63,021 bases of DNA, filler included, from 10 parts of 10 records of this genome joined end to end with filler, not necessarily neighbours in it; one strand, 5' to 3'; shown: positions 8,970 to 19,411, counted from the whole stretch's first letter. The notes: a model not told the origin generated them from the sequence alone. Translations and numbers: made by a program.

Positions 8970-11636
8970 ATGAAAAAATATAATGGAATCGCAAAATTCA
9001 CTTTAATCCTTATAGTTACGGTCGCCATTGCATTTTCTTTAAGTTTGAATGCTTTTGCCGCCGAAAACACGAATTACAACCTGCCCAACGGTTTAAAAGT
9101 CATTCTTCTGGAAAACCATCGCGCCCCGGTTGTATCCATGCTTGTCTGGGTCAAGGTCGGCAGCGCATTGGAACGTGAGGGCGAGTATGGGTTGGCTCAC
9201 CTAATGGAGCACATGCTTTTCAAGGGGACCGACAGAAGAGGCCCGGGTGAAATCGCCAGGGAAGTTGAAGCGGCCGGCGGGCATATCAATGCTTTCACCT
9301 CCTATGACCAGACCGTCTACTATATCAACATGGCTTCCCGTTATACGGAACGCGGCCTGGATATTCTGGGCGACATGATTTTCAATCCCAAGTTCGACCC
9401 GGAGGAGTTCCGGCTTGAAAAAGAGGTTGTTCTTGAAGAGATTCGTGAGGGAGAGGACAATCCCGGGCGGGTCATTTCCAAGGCCTTATTCGGAAACGCC
9501 TATAGGGTGCACCCGTATAAACGGCCGGTCATCGGTTTTGTGGACAGCGTCCGGGACGTGGACCGTGACACGGCCCTGGCCTTTCATAGGCAATGGTACA
9601 GACCGGACAACATGGTTCTGGTCGTATCCGGCGATTTTGAAACAAATACACTGAAAGAACAAATCGCAAAAATATTCAGCGCCAGGGCAAAAGCAGAAGC
9701 CAGGGCGCCGATCGACCTGCCGGAGCCGAAACAGGAAGGCCCGAGAGGGGCGATATTAAGGAAGGATCTGAAAACAGCCACAATTCAAATCGGTTTCCAC
9801 ATACCGGGTTTCAACGGCGAACAAACCAAGGCCGTCGACCTGTTGGGCGCTATTACCGGCCAGGGACGCACATCCCGTTTGTACAATAGCGTTATGAGAG
9901 GTCAGGAATTGGTCAGCTCCATTTCCGCAGGCGCCTATACCCCGAAAGATCCGGGCTTATTCATAGTCAGCGCCAAAACCGAGCCGGAAAAGGTTTTGCC
10001 CGCGGTAAAGGCGATAATGAAAGAATTGCAGGCTTTGGTTAAGGACGGAGTTACCACCGAGGAGTTGGAAAGGGCAAAGCTTAACGTTCAGGCGGGTTTT
10101 ATCAGGTCCCGAATGACCATGAGCGGGGAGTCGCGCGTTGCCGCGAATTTCGAAGTCATGGCCGGCGATTATCGATCCAGAGATGATTACCTGGCCGGAA
10201 TTGAAAATACAACTGCGGGAGAAATTCAGCAGGCCGCGAACGAATATCTGACCGAAAACAATATGACCATTGCCCTGCTGCTGCCCGACGACGCCCTGCC
10301 GAATATAACTGAAAAAGAATTGACATCCCAGGCCGCATTGCTGAACGTTGCGCAGCGAGAAGAAAAACAGACCGCCCTGCCGACTGTTGTTAAACAATAC
10401 TGTCTGAAAAACGGGGTGCGTTTACTGGTTAAACCGGATCATTCCCTGCCTTTGGTTTCCATCCGGGCCGCGTTTATGGGCGGTTTGCGTTATGAAAATA
10501 AATCAAACAACGGGCTCAACAACCTGATGGCCGAAATATGGGACAGGGGCACGACCGATTTATCGCCGGAAGAACTGGCCAGGGAAGTTGAGGACATGGC
10601 CGGTTATATCGGATCTTATTCCGGGCGCAACTCCTTTGGCCTTGAAGCCGAATTCATGAGCCGGTTTTTAGACCGGGGCTTGGAACTGTTCACAGACGTA
10701 TTGACCAAACCCGCCTTTGACCAGGCTGAAGTGGAAAAGGCCAGACCGATAATACTTGCGGCCATAAAGCAGCAACAGGACAGGGCGGGGTCGAAAGCTT
10801 TCAAGAAATTCGCCAAGACAATTTATTCTCCGCATCCATACGGCCTGGACCGACTTGGAACGCCGGAAACGGTTTCCAGGTTGAATGCGCAGGATGTCCG
10901 CGATTTTTACATGCAGTTCGCCAAGCCTGAAGGCATGGTCCTTTCAGTTGTCGGCGATGTCGACCCTGAAAAAATCCGCGACCGATTTGAAGAACTCCTT
11001 AAAGACTGGCAGGGTAACGTGGAAAAGGCGCCGGAAATACCGGCCGCCGCGACCTGGACCGGGATCAAGGAAGCCGATGAGTTCGTGGACAAGGCCCAGG
11101 CCCACATGGTCTTGGGATTTCCAGCGCCCGGAATGAACAGTCCGGATCGTTTTGCGCTCGAAATTCTGGATAATATTCTTTCCGGAATGGGCGGCCGACT
11201 TTTTATTCAGCTTCGGGACAAGCAAAGCCTGGCTTATACTGTGACCTCGTTTTACAGCACGGGACTGGATACGGGCGCTTTCGGTTTTTATATTTCGTTC
11301 AGACCCGACAAGTTGGAGCAAGTTGAACAGGGCTTCAGAGATATTATAAAACAGGCGACCAGCGAACCGGTTACGGAAGAGGAATTGTCATCAGCCAAGG
11401 AACTGATCATGGGCTCGTATGAAATAGGGCTCCAAAGCTATAACGCTCAGGCTTCGGAAACGACTTATAACGAGCTTTACGGCTTGGGCCTGGATTATCC
11501 GGAAAAGTATATGAAAGCCATTAACGCCGTCACCCGGGAGGACGTGCTCAATGCGGCCCGTAAATATCTGAATATGGACCATGCGGCGCGAGTGGTCGTC
11601 GGCCCGATAAAGGACGCGTCCGCCTCAGTTGAATAA
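8970..11636 (+). CDS. secreted M16-family zinc protease (two fused M16 modules)
   Basis: Signal peptide, HLMEH inverted zinc motif, NAFTS.D.T.Y; second module lacks HxxEH and has LRDK.SLAY. Confidence 0.93.
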   Translation: MKKYNGIAKFTLILIVTVAIAFSLSLNAFAAENTNYNLPNGLKVILLENHRAPVVSMLVWVKVGSALEREGEYGLAHLMEHMLFKGTDRRGPGEIAREVEAAGGHINAFTSYDQTVYYINMASRYTERGLDILGDMIFNPKFDPEEFRLEKEVVLEEIREGEDNPGRVISKALFGNAYRVHPYKRPVIGFVDSVRDVDRDTALAFHRQWYRPDNMVLVVSGDFETNTLKEQIAKIFSARAKAEARAPIDLPEPKQEGPRGAILRKDLKTATIQIGFHIPGFNGEQTKAVDLLGAITGQGRTSRLYNSVMRGQELVSSISAGAYTPKDPGLFIVSAKTEPEKVLPAVKAIMKELQALVKDGVTTEELERAKLNVQAGFIRSRMTMSGESRVAANFEVMAGDYRSRDDYLAGIENTTAGEIQQAANEYLTENNMTIALLLPDDALPNITEKELTSQAALLNVAQREEKQTALPTVVKQYCLKNGVRLLVKPDHSLPLVSIRAAFMGGLRYENKSNNGLNNLMAEIWDRGTTDLSPEELAREVEDMAGYIGSYSGRNSFGLEAEFMSRFLDRGLELFTDVLTKPAFDQAEVEKARPIILAAIKQQQDRAGSKAFKKFAKTIYSPHPYGLDRLGTPETVSRLNAQDVRDFYMQFAKPEGMVLSVVGDVDPEKIRDRFEELLKDWQGNVEKAPEIPAAATWTGIKEADEFVDKAQAHMVLGFPAPGMNSPDRFALEILDNILSGMGGRLFIQLRDKQSLAYTVTSFYSTGLDTGAFGFYISFRPDKLEQVEQGFRDIIKQATSEPVTEEELSSAKELIMGSYEIGLQSYNAQASETTYNELYGLGLDYPEKYMKAINAVTREDVLNAARKYLNMDHAARVVVGPIKDASASVE

Positions 11637-11645
11637 GGTAAAGGT

Positions 11646-12540
11646 ATGAAAACAATATCAGCCTGCACACTGGATTGTCCGGATGTTTGTTCCTTGATTG
11701 TTGAAACAGGCGACGACGGCAAAACCCGGATCAAGGGCAACCCGGACCACCCTTTTACCAGGGGCTTTATCTGCGCCAAGGGCGCAGGCCACCTGAAAAG
11801 GCTGAGAAGCCCGGAGAGAATAACGGAGCCGCTATTAAAAAAGGGCGGGGAATATCATCCCATAACCTGGGATGAAGCCTTGGACTTGTGCACCGAAAGG
11901 ATAAACAGTCTTGTTGAGGCCCCGGAAAGCATTCTGCATGTTCACGGGCATGGATACAGGGGAGTTTTGGCCCAGGCGAGTTCCATATTTTTCGCCGGCC
12001 TCGGATCGAGCACTACCTATGGTTCATTATGTGACGAGGCCGGTATTCAGGCGTGCATGCGAGATTTCGGTTCGCTGAATCATAATGATCCTTCAGATCT
12101 TCTCAATGCGTCTCGAATAGTAAACTGGGGCCGCGATCTTTCCAGATCCTCCATTCACACCGGGGCCCTGGCGGCCGAAGCCCGAAAAAAGGGCGTTCGC
12201 ATACTGACCATATCTCCGGGCGGAGACAGGAACCATTCCTATTCGGATGAATTTATAAGAATCAAGCCGGGAACGGACCGATTTCTCGCCGCTGCGGTAA
12301 TGAGGATATTATTGGAACAAGGCGGCGTCAAACCGGAAATTACATATTTAACTTCCAACTGGGATCGATTCCGGGATATTTTGTTGTCAAAATCCGTGGG
12401 TCAGTACATGGAATCCTGCGGCATGGATGTCAAAAGCGCGGAACGAATCGCTTCCTGGTACGCCGAATCCGGACCCACAGCCTCGCTGATAGGCTGGGGC
12501 ATGCAAAGACATGTATATGGCGGGGAGAATGTCAGGTTCA
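11646..12540 (+). CDS. molybdopterin-dependent oxidoreductase, 3'-truncated
   Basis: CTLDCPDVC...GNPDHPFTRGFICAKG Fe-S motif, ITWDEAL, IKPGTD. Confidence 0.9.
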
Positions 12541-12640
12541 NNNNNNNNNNNNNNNNNNNNNNNNNNNNNNNNNNNNNNNNNNNNTTAATTAATTAANNNN
12601 NNNNNNNNNNNNNNNNNNNNNNNNNNNNNNNNNNNNNNNN
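12541..12640. other. artificial contig spacer
   Basis: N44-TTAATTAATTAA-N44. Confidence 0.98.
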
Positions 12641-12642
12641 CC

Positions 12643-13245
12643 AACGGCGCCGGCAAATCCACCACCCTCATGACCCTTTGCGGGGTGGTGCCGGCCCGCC
12701 AGGGCCAGATCATCTTCGAGGGCCAGGATATCACGGCCATGTCGCCGGAGAAGATCGTGGCCCTCGGTATCAGCCAGGTGCCCGAGGGACGGCGGATCTT
12801 TCCCTACCTCACGGTCACGGAAAACCTGGACATGGGCACCTTTTTGCGGAAGGATACCCAGGAGATCAAGCGGGACATGGAGCACATCTTTGAGCTCTTT
12901 CCCATCCTTGCGGAACGGCGGAACCAGCCCGGCGGCACCCTGTCGGGCGGGGAGCAGCAGATGCTGGCCATCTCAAGGGCCCTCATGGGCAAGCCCAAGC
13001 TGCTGCTGCTGGACGAGCCTTCCCTGGGCCTTGCCCCCATCGTGATCAAGCGGATTTTTGACATCATCAAGCGGATCAACAAGGAGAGCAACACCACCAT
13101 CCTCTTGGTGGAGCAGAACGCCAACCTGGCCCTGAAGGTGGCGGACCGGGGCTATGTCATGGAGACGGGAAAGATCACCATGACCGATACGGGTCCCAAC
13201 CTTCTGGCCAACGAAGATGTCAAAAAGGCCTACCTGGGAATATAG
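12643..13245 (+). CDS. livF: branched-chain amino acid ABC ATPase, 5'-truncated
   Basis: NGAGKST Walker A at the contig edge, VPEGRRIF, LSGGEQQMLAI, LLLDEPSLGLAP. Confidence 0.9.
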   Translation, partial: NGAGKSTTLMTLCGVVPARQGQIIFEGQDITAMSPEKIVALGISQVPEGRRIFPYLTVTENLDMGTFLRKDTQEIKRDMEHIFELFPILAERRNQPGGTLSGGEQQMLAISRALMGKPKLLLLDEPSLGLAPIVIKRIFDIIKRINKESNTTILLVEQNANLALKVADRGYVMETGKITMTDTGPNLLANEDVKKAYLGI

Positions 13246-14217
13246 ATGAATAAACGAGTTACCAAAGCGTTCAGGGCCGGGATTTTGCGGGGATGGTCAG
13301 GCTATGTCTGGCTGCTGAAGATCCTGGTCCCCATCTCCTTTGCCACCGCCCTTTTGATTTGGTCGGGCTGGCTCTACAAGCTCGATTTTCTGATCCAGCC
13401 GGTCATGGGAGTTTTGTCCCTGCCCGCATCGGCGGCCCTGCCCCTGATTATCGGGCTGTTCACCGGCATCTACGGAGCGGTGGCGGCCATGGCGGCCATG
13501 CCGCTGACCATGGCGCAGATGACCCTGATCGCCATTTTTTTGCTCATCGCCCACAACCTTGTCCAGGAGAGCATCATCCAGGGCCGGTCGGGGTTGAACG
13601 CCCTTGCGGCCGCCTGTTTCAGGCTCCTCACCGCCTTTGCCGTGACCTGGGCCGCGTCCCGGGTCATGGATGTGGGGGATCCCGTTCTCCTGACCGCCAC
13701 GGCGGCAGGGGCGTCCGCCGGGGATTTTGCCCCCTTCGGACCCATGTGCCTTGCCTGGGCCCGGGATATCGCGGGGCTGTGTCTCCAGATTTTTGCCATC
13801 ATCATGCCCTTGATGGTGGTGCTTGAGACCATGAAGGAGTTCGACCTGATCCGCTACATTGTGGGGGCGGCCACGCCGGTTTTTTCCCTGCTCGGCCTGA
13901 GCCGGGCAACGGGCATGCTCTGGCTCACCGCCGCCCTGTTCGGCCTCTCCTACGGTGCCGCCGTCATCGTGGAGGAGACCAAGGCAAACGATTTTTCAAC
14001 GGACGAGCTCACCAGACTCCAGCTCTCCATCGGGATCAACCACGCCATGATCGAAGATCCGGCCCTTTTTCTGCCCCTGGGGATCTCCCCCCTGTGGCTC
14101 TGGATTCCGAGACTTCTGGCGGCCATTGTCGCCATCTATCTGTTTCACCTCGTAACTTTTTTCAGGAGACTTAATGCTCAGCGAACTGGCCATAAAAAAC
14201 TTTGCGATCATCGATGA
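13246..14217 (+). CDS. nucleoside-recognition (Gate) domain membrane protein
   Basis: Multi-TM with two internal halves carrying AHNLVQE and INHAMIED motifs. Confidence 0.75.
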   Translation: MNKRVTKAFRAGILRGWSGYVWLLKILVPISFATALLIWSGWLYKLDFLIQPVMGVLSLPASAALPLIIGLFTGIYGAVAAMAAMPLTMAQMTLIAIFLLIAHNLVQESIIQGRSGLNALAAACFRLLTAFAVTWAASRVMDVGDPVLLTATAAGASAGDFAPFGPMCLAWARDIAGLCLQIFAIIMPLMVVLETMKEFDLIRYIVGAATPVFSLLGLSRATGMLWLTAALFGLSYGAAVIVEETKANDFSTDELTRLQLSIGINHAMIEDPALFLPLGISPLWLWIPRLLAAIVAIYLFHLVTFFRRLNAQRTGHKKLCDHR

Positions 14218-15871
14218 TATCCGCATCTCATTTTCCAATGGATTGTCCGTGCTCACCGGAGAGACCGGTGCCGGTAAATCGATCATCATCGAGGCGGTCA
14301 ACCTGCTTCTCGGCGGCAGGGCCTCGGCGGACCTTGTCAGAACCGGGGAAAAGAGCGCGGAACTCGAAGCCACCTTTGAGATCGATCCCGGCTCCCAAGC
14401 CGCCGCCATCATGGCGGCCCAGGACATGGACCCTGAAGAGGGCCTGATGATCCGGCGGATCATCTCCGCCAACGGCAAGCACAAGGTGTACATCAATGCC
14501 AGGCAGGCCACCATGCAGCTGTTGAAGCAGGTCACGGAAAACCTGGCCGGCATCTCCAGCCAGCACGCCCACCAGGGGCTGTTGAAGGAGGAGAACCACC
14601 TGGAGATCCTGGACCGGTTTGCCGGCGCCCAGAGTCTTCGGAACGAGGTGAAAACCATTTATAACGCGCTTGCCCCCATGGTCAAGGAGCTCTCCGATCT
14701 CAAGTCCGGCGCCGCCCGGGCCGAGGAGGAAAATGAGTTCCTGCGGTTCCAGATCGAAGAGATCGAAGGGGTGAACATCCAGGCCAACGAGGACAAGGAG
14801 CTGGAACAGGAGCGCCTCCGCCTGCGGAACGGCGCCGCCATTGTCGAAGGGGTGACCCTGGCCATGGAGGAGCTCTTTTCACGGGAGCACTCCATCCTCG
14901 AGCGCCTCGGGCTGATCCGGGGGGATATTGAAAAAAAATCGGTCCTGGACCCCAAGCTTGCCCCCATTGCCGAGAAGCTCTCCCAGTCCCTGTTCGACAT
15001 GGAGGACCTGGTGGAGGAGCTGAGGCTTTACAAATCCACCATCGATCTCGACCCCGCCCTCCTGGAGGAGACCGAAGCCCGGCTCGACCAGATCCAGAAG
15101 CTCAAGCGGAAATACGGGGGCTCCCTGGAATCCCTGTTTGAACGGTATGAGGAGATGAAGGCCCAGCTGGCCAAAACCGACAACGTGGAGGGCCGGATAG
15201 CAAGCCTGGAGGAGCAGTCCGCCCGCTTGTCAAAGGAGCTGGGGACAAAGGCCCTTGCCCTTTCGGAACAGCGACGGGAGGCCGCCACCCGCCTTGCCGC
15301 CCTGGCCGAGAAAGAGCTGGCCGAGCTCGAGATGGGCAATACCCGGTTTGTCATCGCCCTCACCCAGACCCCGTCAACGGAACCGGCTTATTTTACGGTG
15401 GACGGGATGACGGTCTCCCCCACAGGACTCGATCGGGCCTCTTTTCTCATGGCCCCCAACCCCGGGGAGGCGCCCCGGCCCCTGAGCCGCATCGCCTCGG
15501 GCGGTGAGCTCTCCAGGGTGGTGCTGGCCCTGACGGCCATCCTTTCCAAAACCGAGGCCCTGGGCACCCTGGTGTTTGACGAGGTGGATTCCGGTGTGGG
15601 TGGCAAGACCTCGGACAAGGTGGGCAAGAAGCTCAAGCGCCTTGCCGAGACCTACCAGGTGATCTGCATCACCCATCTCGCCCAGATCGCCCGGTACGGC
15701 ACCAGCCACTATCGGATCAAGAAGGACGTGGTTAACGGTCGGACCGCCACCGCCATCACCCCCCTGGACGCCCCGGAGGATCGCGTGGCCGAGATCGCAC
15801 GAATGATCGGCGGCGAAGAGATCACCCAGGCCACCCTCGCCCATGCAAGGGAGCTGCTGGCCCTTTCTTAG
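14174..15871 (+). CDS. recN: DNA repair protein RecN
   Basis: LTGETGAGKS, coiled coil, ASGGELSR, FDEVDSG, VICITHL. Confidence 0.97.
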   Translation: MLSELAIKNFAIIDDIRISFSNGLSVLTGETGAGKSIIIEAVNLLLGGRASADLVRTGEKSAELEATFEIDPGSQAAAIMAAQDMDPEEGLMIRRIISANGKHKVYINARQATMQLLKQVTENLAGISSQHAHQGLLKEENHLEILDRFAGAQSLRNEVKTIYNALAPMVKELSDLKSGAARAEEENEFLRFQIEEIEGVNIQANEDKELEQERLRLRNGAAIVEGVTLAMEELFSREHSILERLGLIRGDIEKKSVLDPKLAPIAEKLSQSLFDMEDLVEELRLYKSTIDLDPALLEETEARLDQIQKLKRKYGGSLESLFERYEEMKAQLAKTDNVEGRIASLEEQSARLSKELGTKALALSEQRREAATRLAALAEKELAELEMGNTRFVIALTQTPSTEPAYFTVDGMTVSPTGLDRASFLMAPNPGEAPRPLSRIASGGELSRVVLALTAILSKTEALGTLVFDEVDSGVGGKTSDKVGKKLKRLAETYQVICITHLAQIARYGTSHYRIKKDVVNGRTATAITPLDAPEDRVAEIARMIGGEEITQATLAHARELLALS

Positions 15872-16030
15872 ACGGATCAAACCGGACCGGAGGATGAATC
15901 GTTTTTCAAAAGAGTCTGATGCCCTTGGGCCGAAACAAGGATTGATTACGAGGTCGGATGATGCACCAACACCATCACTCCAGGGAGGTTGCCAAGGGGA
16001 TAGAGAGACGGTAAGCATATTGAATGCTTG

Positions 16031-16062
16031 AAAAAGGCAGAGTCATCGTGACCCTGCCTTTT
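16031..16062. terminator. bidirectional intrinsic terminator
   Basis: AAAAAGGCAG-AGTCA-tcg-TGACC-CTGCCTTTT between convergent genes. Confidence 0.75.
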
Positions 16063-16079
16063 GATTGGGTTCTGGGAAT

Positions 16080-16622
16080 TTATTTATTGAATCTACGCCT
16101 TGCACTCACGAGCCCGACAAGCCCGGACCCTAAGAGCCAAGCTGCAGCGGGCAAAGGAGTCGGAACAACTTTTGCTATATTGACAAATGCCAGCTCGTAA
16201 TCATAATTGTCAATCGAAGAAGTCAAAGGATCAAAATCATGATCAACATCATTCCATGCCTCGTAAGTCCCAAGCTTCAATCGAAACTCTTGGTTTTGAA
16301 GTAACCGTGAAAAAAGACTGGGGTTAAGGCTATTTCCTGTATCGTCAGCATATGCTATGAAAGAATAATCCATATTATATAAAGCCAATACCGTATCTAA
16401 CGTGTCATTTTGTGTGATGTTGGAATACAATTGAAACCATGACACGTCATCGGTGGTGATTTTAAATTCTTGGACCGGGCATTCATCATTTAGCTGACCT
16501 TCAGCGATCCATTGATTGACAATTTCACCTTTTTTAATTTCTGGGGTGGTGGCAGCTTGAGCATAGGTAAACATTGATACCAAAAAAAAGAACAGTGCCG
16601 GTAGAATTCCTAATTTTCGCAT
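16080..16622 (-). CDS. VPLPA-CTERM (PEP-CTERM-like) exported protein
   Basis: GAGGAG RBS, MRKLG... signal peptide, DT.LALY...AY.DD segment (PPC/DVUA0089-like), C-terminal PTPLPAAAWLLGSGLVGL..RRR. Confidence 0.85.
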   Translation of the reverse strand: MRKLGILPALFFFLVSMFTYAQAATTPEIKKGEIVNQWIAEGQLNDECPVQEFKITTDDVSWFQLYSNITQNDTLDTVLALYNMDYSFIAYADDTGNSLNPSLFSRLLQNQEFRLKLGTYEAWNDVDHDFDPLTSSIDNYDYELAFVNIAKVVPTPLPAAAWLLGSGLVGLVSARRRFNK

Positions 16623-16862
16623 TTTTAGTCTCCTCAAGAGTTCGTCATAACTGAGTTTAGTGGTCCGGTCTTTAAATGATTCAAAAAAATGACTCGCACA
16701 AAGTGGCACCCTGGCTGGAATCAGGTCCAAACGCCTATTTGTTCCATTGAATCCTCCTATTGGAATAGAAAAATTAAGTTACCTCCTTTTGTCAATAATG
16801 ATCCAGGAAATTCCCCCCTTTGATTGCTTCATAGGGGGGGCTTAGACCTCTTTGTGCGTACC

Positions 16863-16877
16863 GCAATAATGATGCCA
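16863..16877 (-). promoter_or_regulatory. sigma-54 (-24/-12) promoter
   Basis: Minus strand TGGCAT-CATTA-TTGC has canonical GG-N10-GC spacing and faces the VPLPA-CTERM gene. Confidence 0.75.
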
Positions 16878-17267
16878 GTTTGATTTTTAAAATAACATCG
16901 GCCTAGGGTGGGTGAGTAGAAGGTTTTGTTGTGTATAGGTGTTTCGCCGTATGCGAAAAAATGGGCTTGCAAAATAAAATCGATTTTGTCCATCTTTTCA
17001 AGATGAATACGCGGGCAATATATAGTTACTTTGGGTGTATTGTGTAAGAAAGGTTATAGCTATATGAAATGTTTTCGCTAAAGATAATTGGATTATTTCG
17101 TTCAGAATTTGGTATCACCTAACCAGGAAAATTCGCCGGGAAACGAATGAAATGCTAAATCCACCCTAACAAGAATGGTAAAGCCTGGAAAAGAGTTGCA
17201 TCTTTTGGGGGGTGGTGTAAGGTTTTAAGTTAACCTGAAAAATGTTGAGCGGCACGGAGGGGAAAGC

Positions 17268-17996
17268 ATGGGACGGTTTTTATGGCTCGCTGTATTGCTC
17301 TGGTGTTGTGTCTTTCCGGTCGGGGCAGGGGCCGAGACCATTGTATTCTGTACGATAAACCAGAACAATTCGCGGCTGTACAAGGTGTCCAACGCGGTTT
17401 TGTCCGAGGCCTTTGGGCGGCTTGGGTACGACTTCCGGCTGCGGACCTATCCTGCCAAACGGGGGCCTGTGGAGGTGAATGCGGGGCGGGTGGACGGTGA
17501 GGCCCATCGCATCCATGGGTTTAACGATGACAACCGGTTTCCCAACCTGGTGCGGGTTGAGGAGTCGATATTGTCTATAGATCAGTCCGTGTTTGCCAGA
17601 TCTAAAACGATAGAGGTGAATGGTTGGGAGAGCCTTGGGGCCTATGAAATCATCTATCTTGCCGGGATCAAGGTGACGGAAACAGGCATGGACAGGGCCG
17701 GTATTCCCGAAAACAGGCGCATTCCCGTATATAATATCGACAGGGCGTTTGAACTGTTGGCCGGGGGCCGGGGGGATATTATCGTTGTCAGCGCTTCCAC
17801 CGGCCGGGCCACCATGGAAAAGCTTGGCATCTCTTCGGAGGCCATACATCTTCTTTCCCCGCCGGTTGTGGTGATCGAGCTTTATTCCTATATGCACAAG
17901 CGGCACCGGCAGCTGGCCGAGGCCCTTGGGGAGGTTCTCGGGGAGATGAAGCGCATGGGCGTTCACAAGCGGCTTGTGGATGCCGTGGATGGATGA
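17268..17996 (+). CDS. periplasmic substrate-binding protein (family 3-like)
   Basis: Signal peptide, P.KR...N.G..DG and L..GR.D patterns. Confidence 0.8.
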   Translation: MGRFLWLAVLLWCCVFPVGAGAETIVFCTINQNNSRLYKVSNAVLSEAFGRLGYDFRLRTYPAKRGPVEVNAGRVDGEAHRIHGFNDDNRFPNLVRVEESILSIDQSVFARSKTIEVNGWESLGAYEIIYLAGIKVTETGMDRAGIPENRRIPVYNIDRAFELLAGGRGDIIVVSASTGRATMEKLGISSEAIHLLSPPVVVIELYSYMHKRHRQLAEALGEVLGEMKRMGVHKRLVDAVDG

Positions 17997-18023
17997 ACCG
18001 GCCGGCCGTGGGGGGGTGGTGGC

Positions 18024-18051
18024 TTGACAAATCAAGGTTGAGTACTATCTT
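18024..18051 (+). promoter_or_regulatory. sigma-70-type promoter candidate
   Basis: TTGACA-N16-TATCTT upstream of the zinc-ribbon gene. Confidence 0.45.
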
Positions 18052-18136
18052 TAGAACTTAATGTTCTGGCCGGGGGCTCCTTTCGCAAGGGGCCCCGGGA
18101 TGATGATGGAATAATTACCATAAAGAGGACTGTCGT

Positions 18137-18397
18137 ATGCCCATATATGAGTTCAAATGTTCGGATTGTGAAGAGTTTTTTGAAGTGCTTGTGATGAAAA
18201 GCGATGAAGAACACGAAATCAAATGCCCCAAGTGCAGCTGCCATGCCGTTGAAAGGGTCGTGAGCGCTACCAATTATGCCATGGGCGCTTCTGCTTCATC
18301 CGGCGGCGGCCAGGCCGGTGGATCATTCAAGCAGGAGAGAACCTGCTCAAGCGGTTCCTGCACCACCTATTCCGTTCCCGGCGAGACCCGGGGCTAG
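18137..18397 (+). CDS. FmdB-family zinc-ribbon protein
   Basis: MPIYEFKC..C...FE...CPKC plus C-terminal C.SGSC. Confidence 0.88.
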   Translation: MPIYEFKCSDCEEFFEVLVMKSDEEHEIKCPKCSCHAVERVVSATNYAMGASASSGGGQAGGSFKQERTCSSGSCTTYSVPGETRG

Positions 18398-18406
18398 CGG
18401 TTTCTT

Positions 18407-18440
18407 CCTGAAGGAGGCCCCTCCTTCAGGTTCTTTTTTT
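18407..18440 (+). terminator. intrinsic terminator
   Basis: CCTGAAGGAG-gccc-CTCCTTCAGG followed by a T tract. Confidence 0.8.
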
Positions 18441-18489
18441 CAGTTCCTTAGTTTTTTCAGTTCATCGATTCATGGATAAGGAGATTTGT

Positions 18490-19311
18490 ATGACCCAGTA
18501 TGCCACACTCATCATTGATGGAAAAGAGGTTCAGCTACCTGTTATCGAAGGAAGCGAAGGCGAAAAGGCCATCGACATCAGGGCCCTCCGCCAGGAAACC
18601 GGTTACATCACCTTTGATCCCGGGTTCGGCAGCACCGGCAGCTGCCAGAGCGCCATTACCTTCATGGACGGTGAAAAAGGCATTTTGCGTTATCGGGGCA
18701 TTCCCATCGAGCAGCTGGCCGAGCAGTCGACCTTTGTCGAAACCGCCTATCTTTTGATTGCCGGCAAGCTGCCCACCCAGGAGGAGCTGATTCGCACCAG
18801 TGTGATGCTGAACGACTTTTCCCTCCTCCATGAGGACATGAAGTTCTTTTATCAGAATTTTCCGAGCAAGGCCCATCCCATGGGGATTCTCTCGGCCATG
18901 GTAAATGCCATGCGAAGCTTTTACCCGGAATTGATCGATCTGGAGGAGGATCTCAACAACACCTTTCTCCGGCTGATCTCCAAGGTGAGGACCATGGCGG
19001 CCATGGCCTACAAGATCTCCAGGGGGCACAAGACCGTCTATCCCCGGTCCGATTACTCCTATTGCGCAAACTTCCTTCACATGATGTTTGATAACCCGGT
19101 GATCCCCTATGAAATGGATGATGACATGGTCAGGGCCCTGAACGTGTTCTGGATTCTCCATGCCGACCACGAGCAGAACTGCTCCACGGCGGCGGTCAGG
19201 GTGGTGGGAAGCGGCCAGGTGAATGTGTATGCCGCCATCTCCGCCGGCATCTCCGCCCTGTGGGGCCCCCTCCACGGCGGCGCCAACCAGGCCGTGATCC
19301 AGATGCTGGAA
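18490..19311 (+). CDS. gltA: citrate synthase, 3'-truncated
   Basis: DGEKGILRYRG, AHPM, LHADHEQNCST, LWGPLHGGAN; AAGGAG RBS before ATG 18490. Confidence 0.96.
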
Positions 19312-19411
19312 NNNNNNNNNNNNNNNNNNNNNNNNNNNNNNNNNNNNNNNNNNNNTTAATTAATTAANNNNNNNNNNNNNNNNNNNNNNNNNNNNNNNNN
19401 NNNNNNNNNNN
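19312..19411. other. artificial contig spacer
   Basis: N44-TTAATTAATTAA-N44. Confidence 0.98.

Noticed and set aside
15843-16031. Small ORF after recN
   Set aside because: GGAGG abuts the internal ATG with no spacer; no recognisable features.
17280-19275. Minus-strand ORFs of 251 and 246 aa
   Set aside because: Antisense shadows of the SBP gene and gltA.
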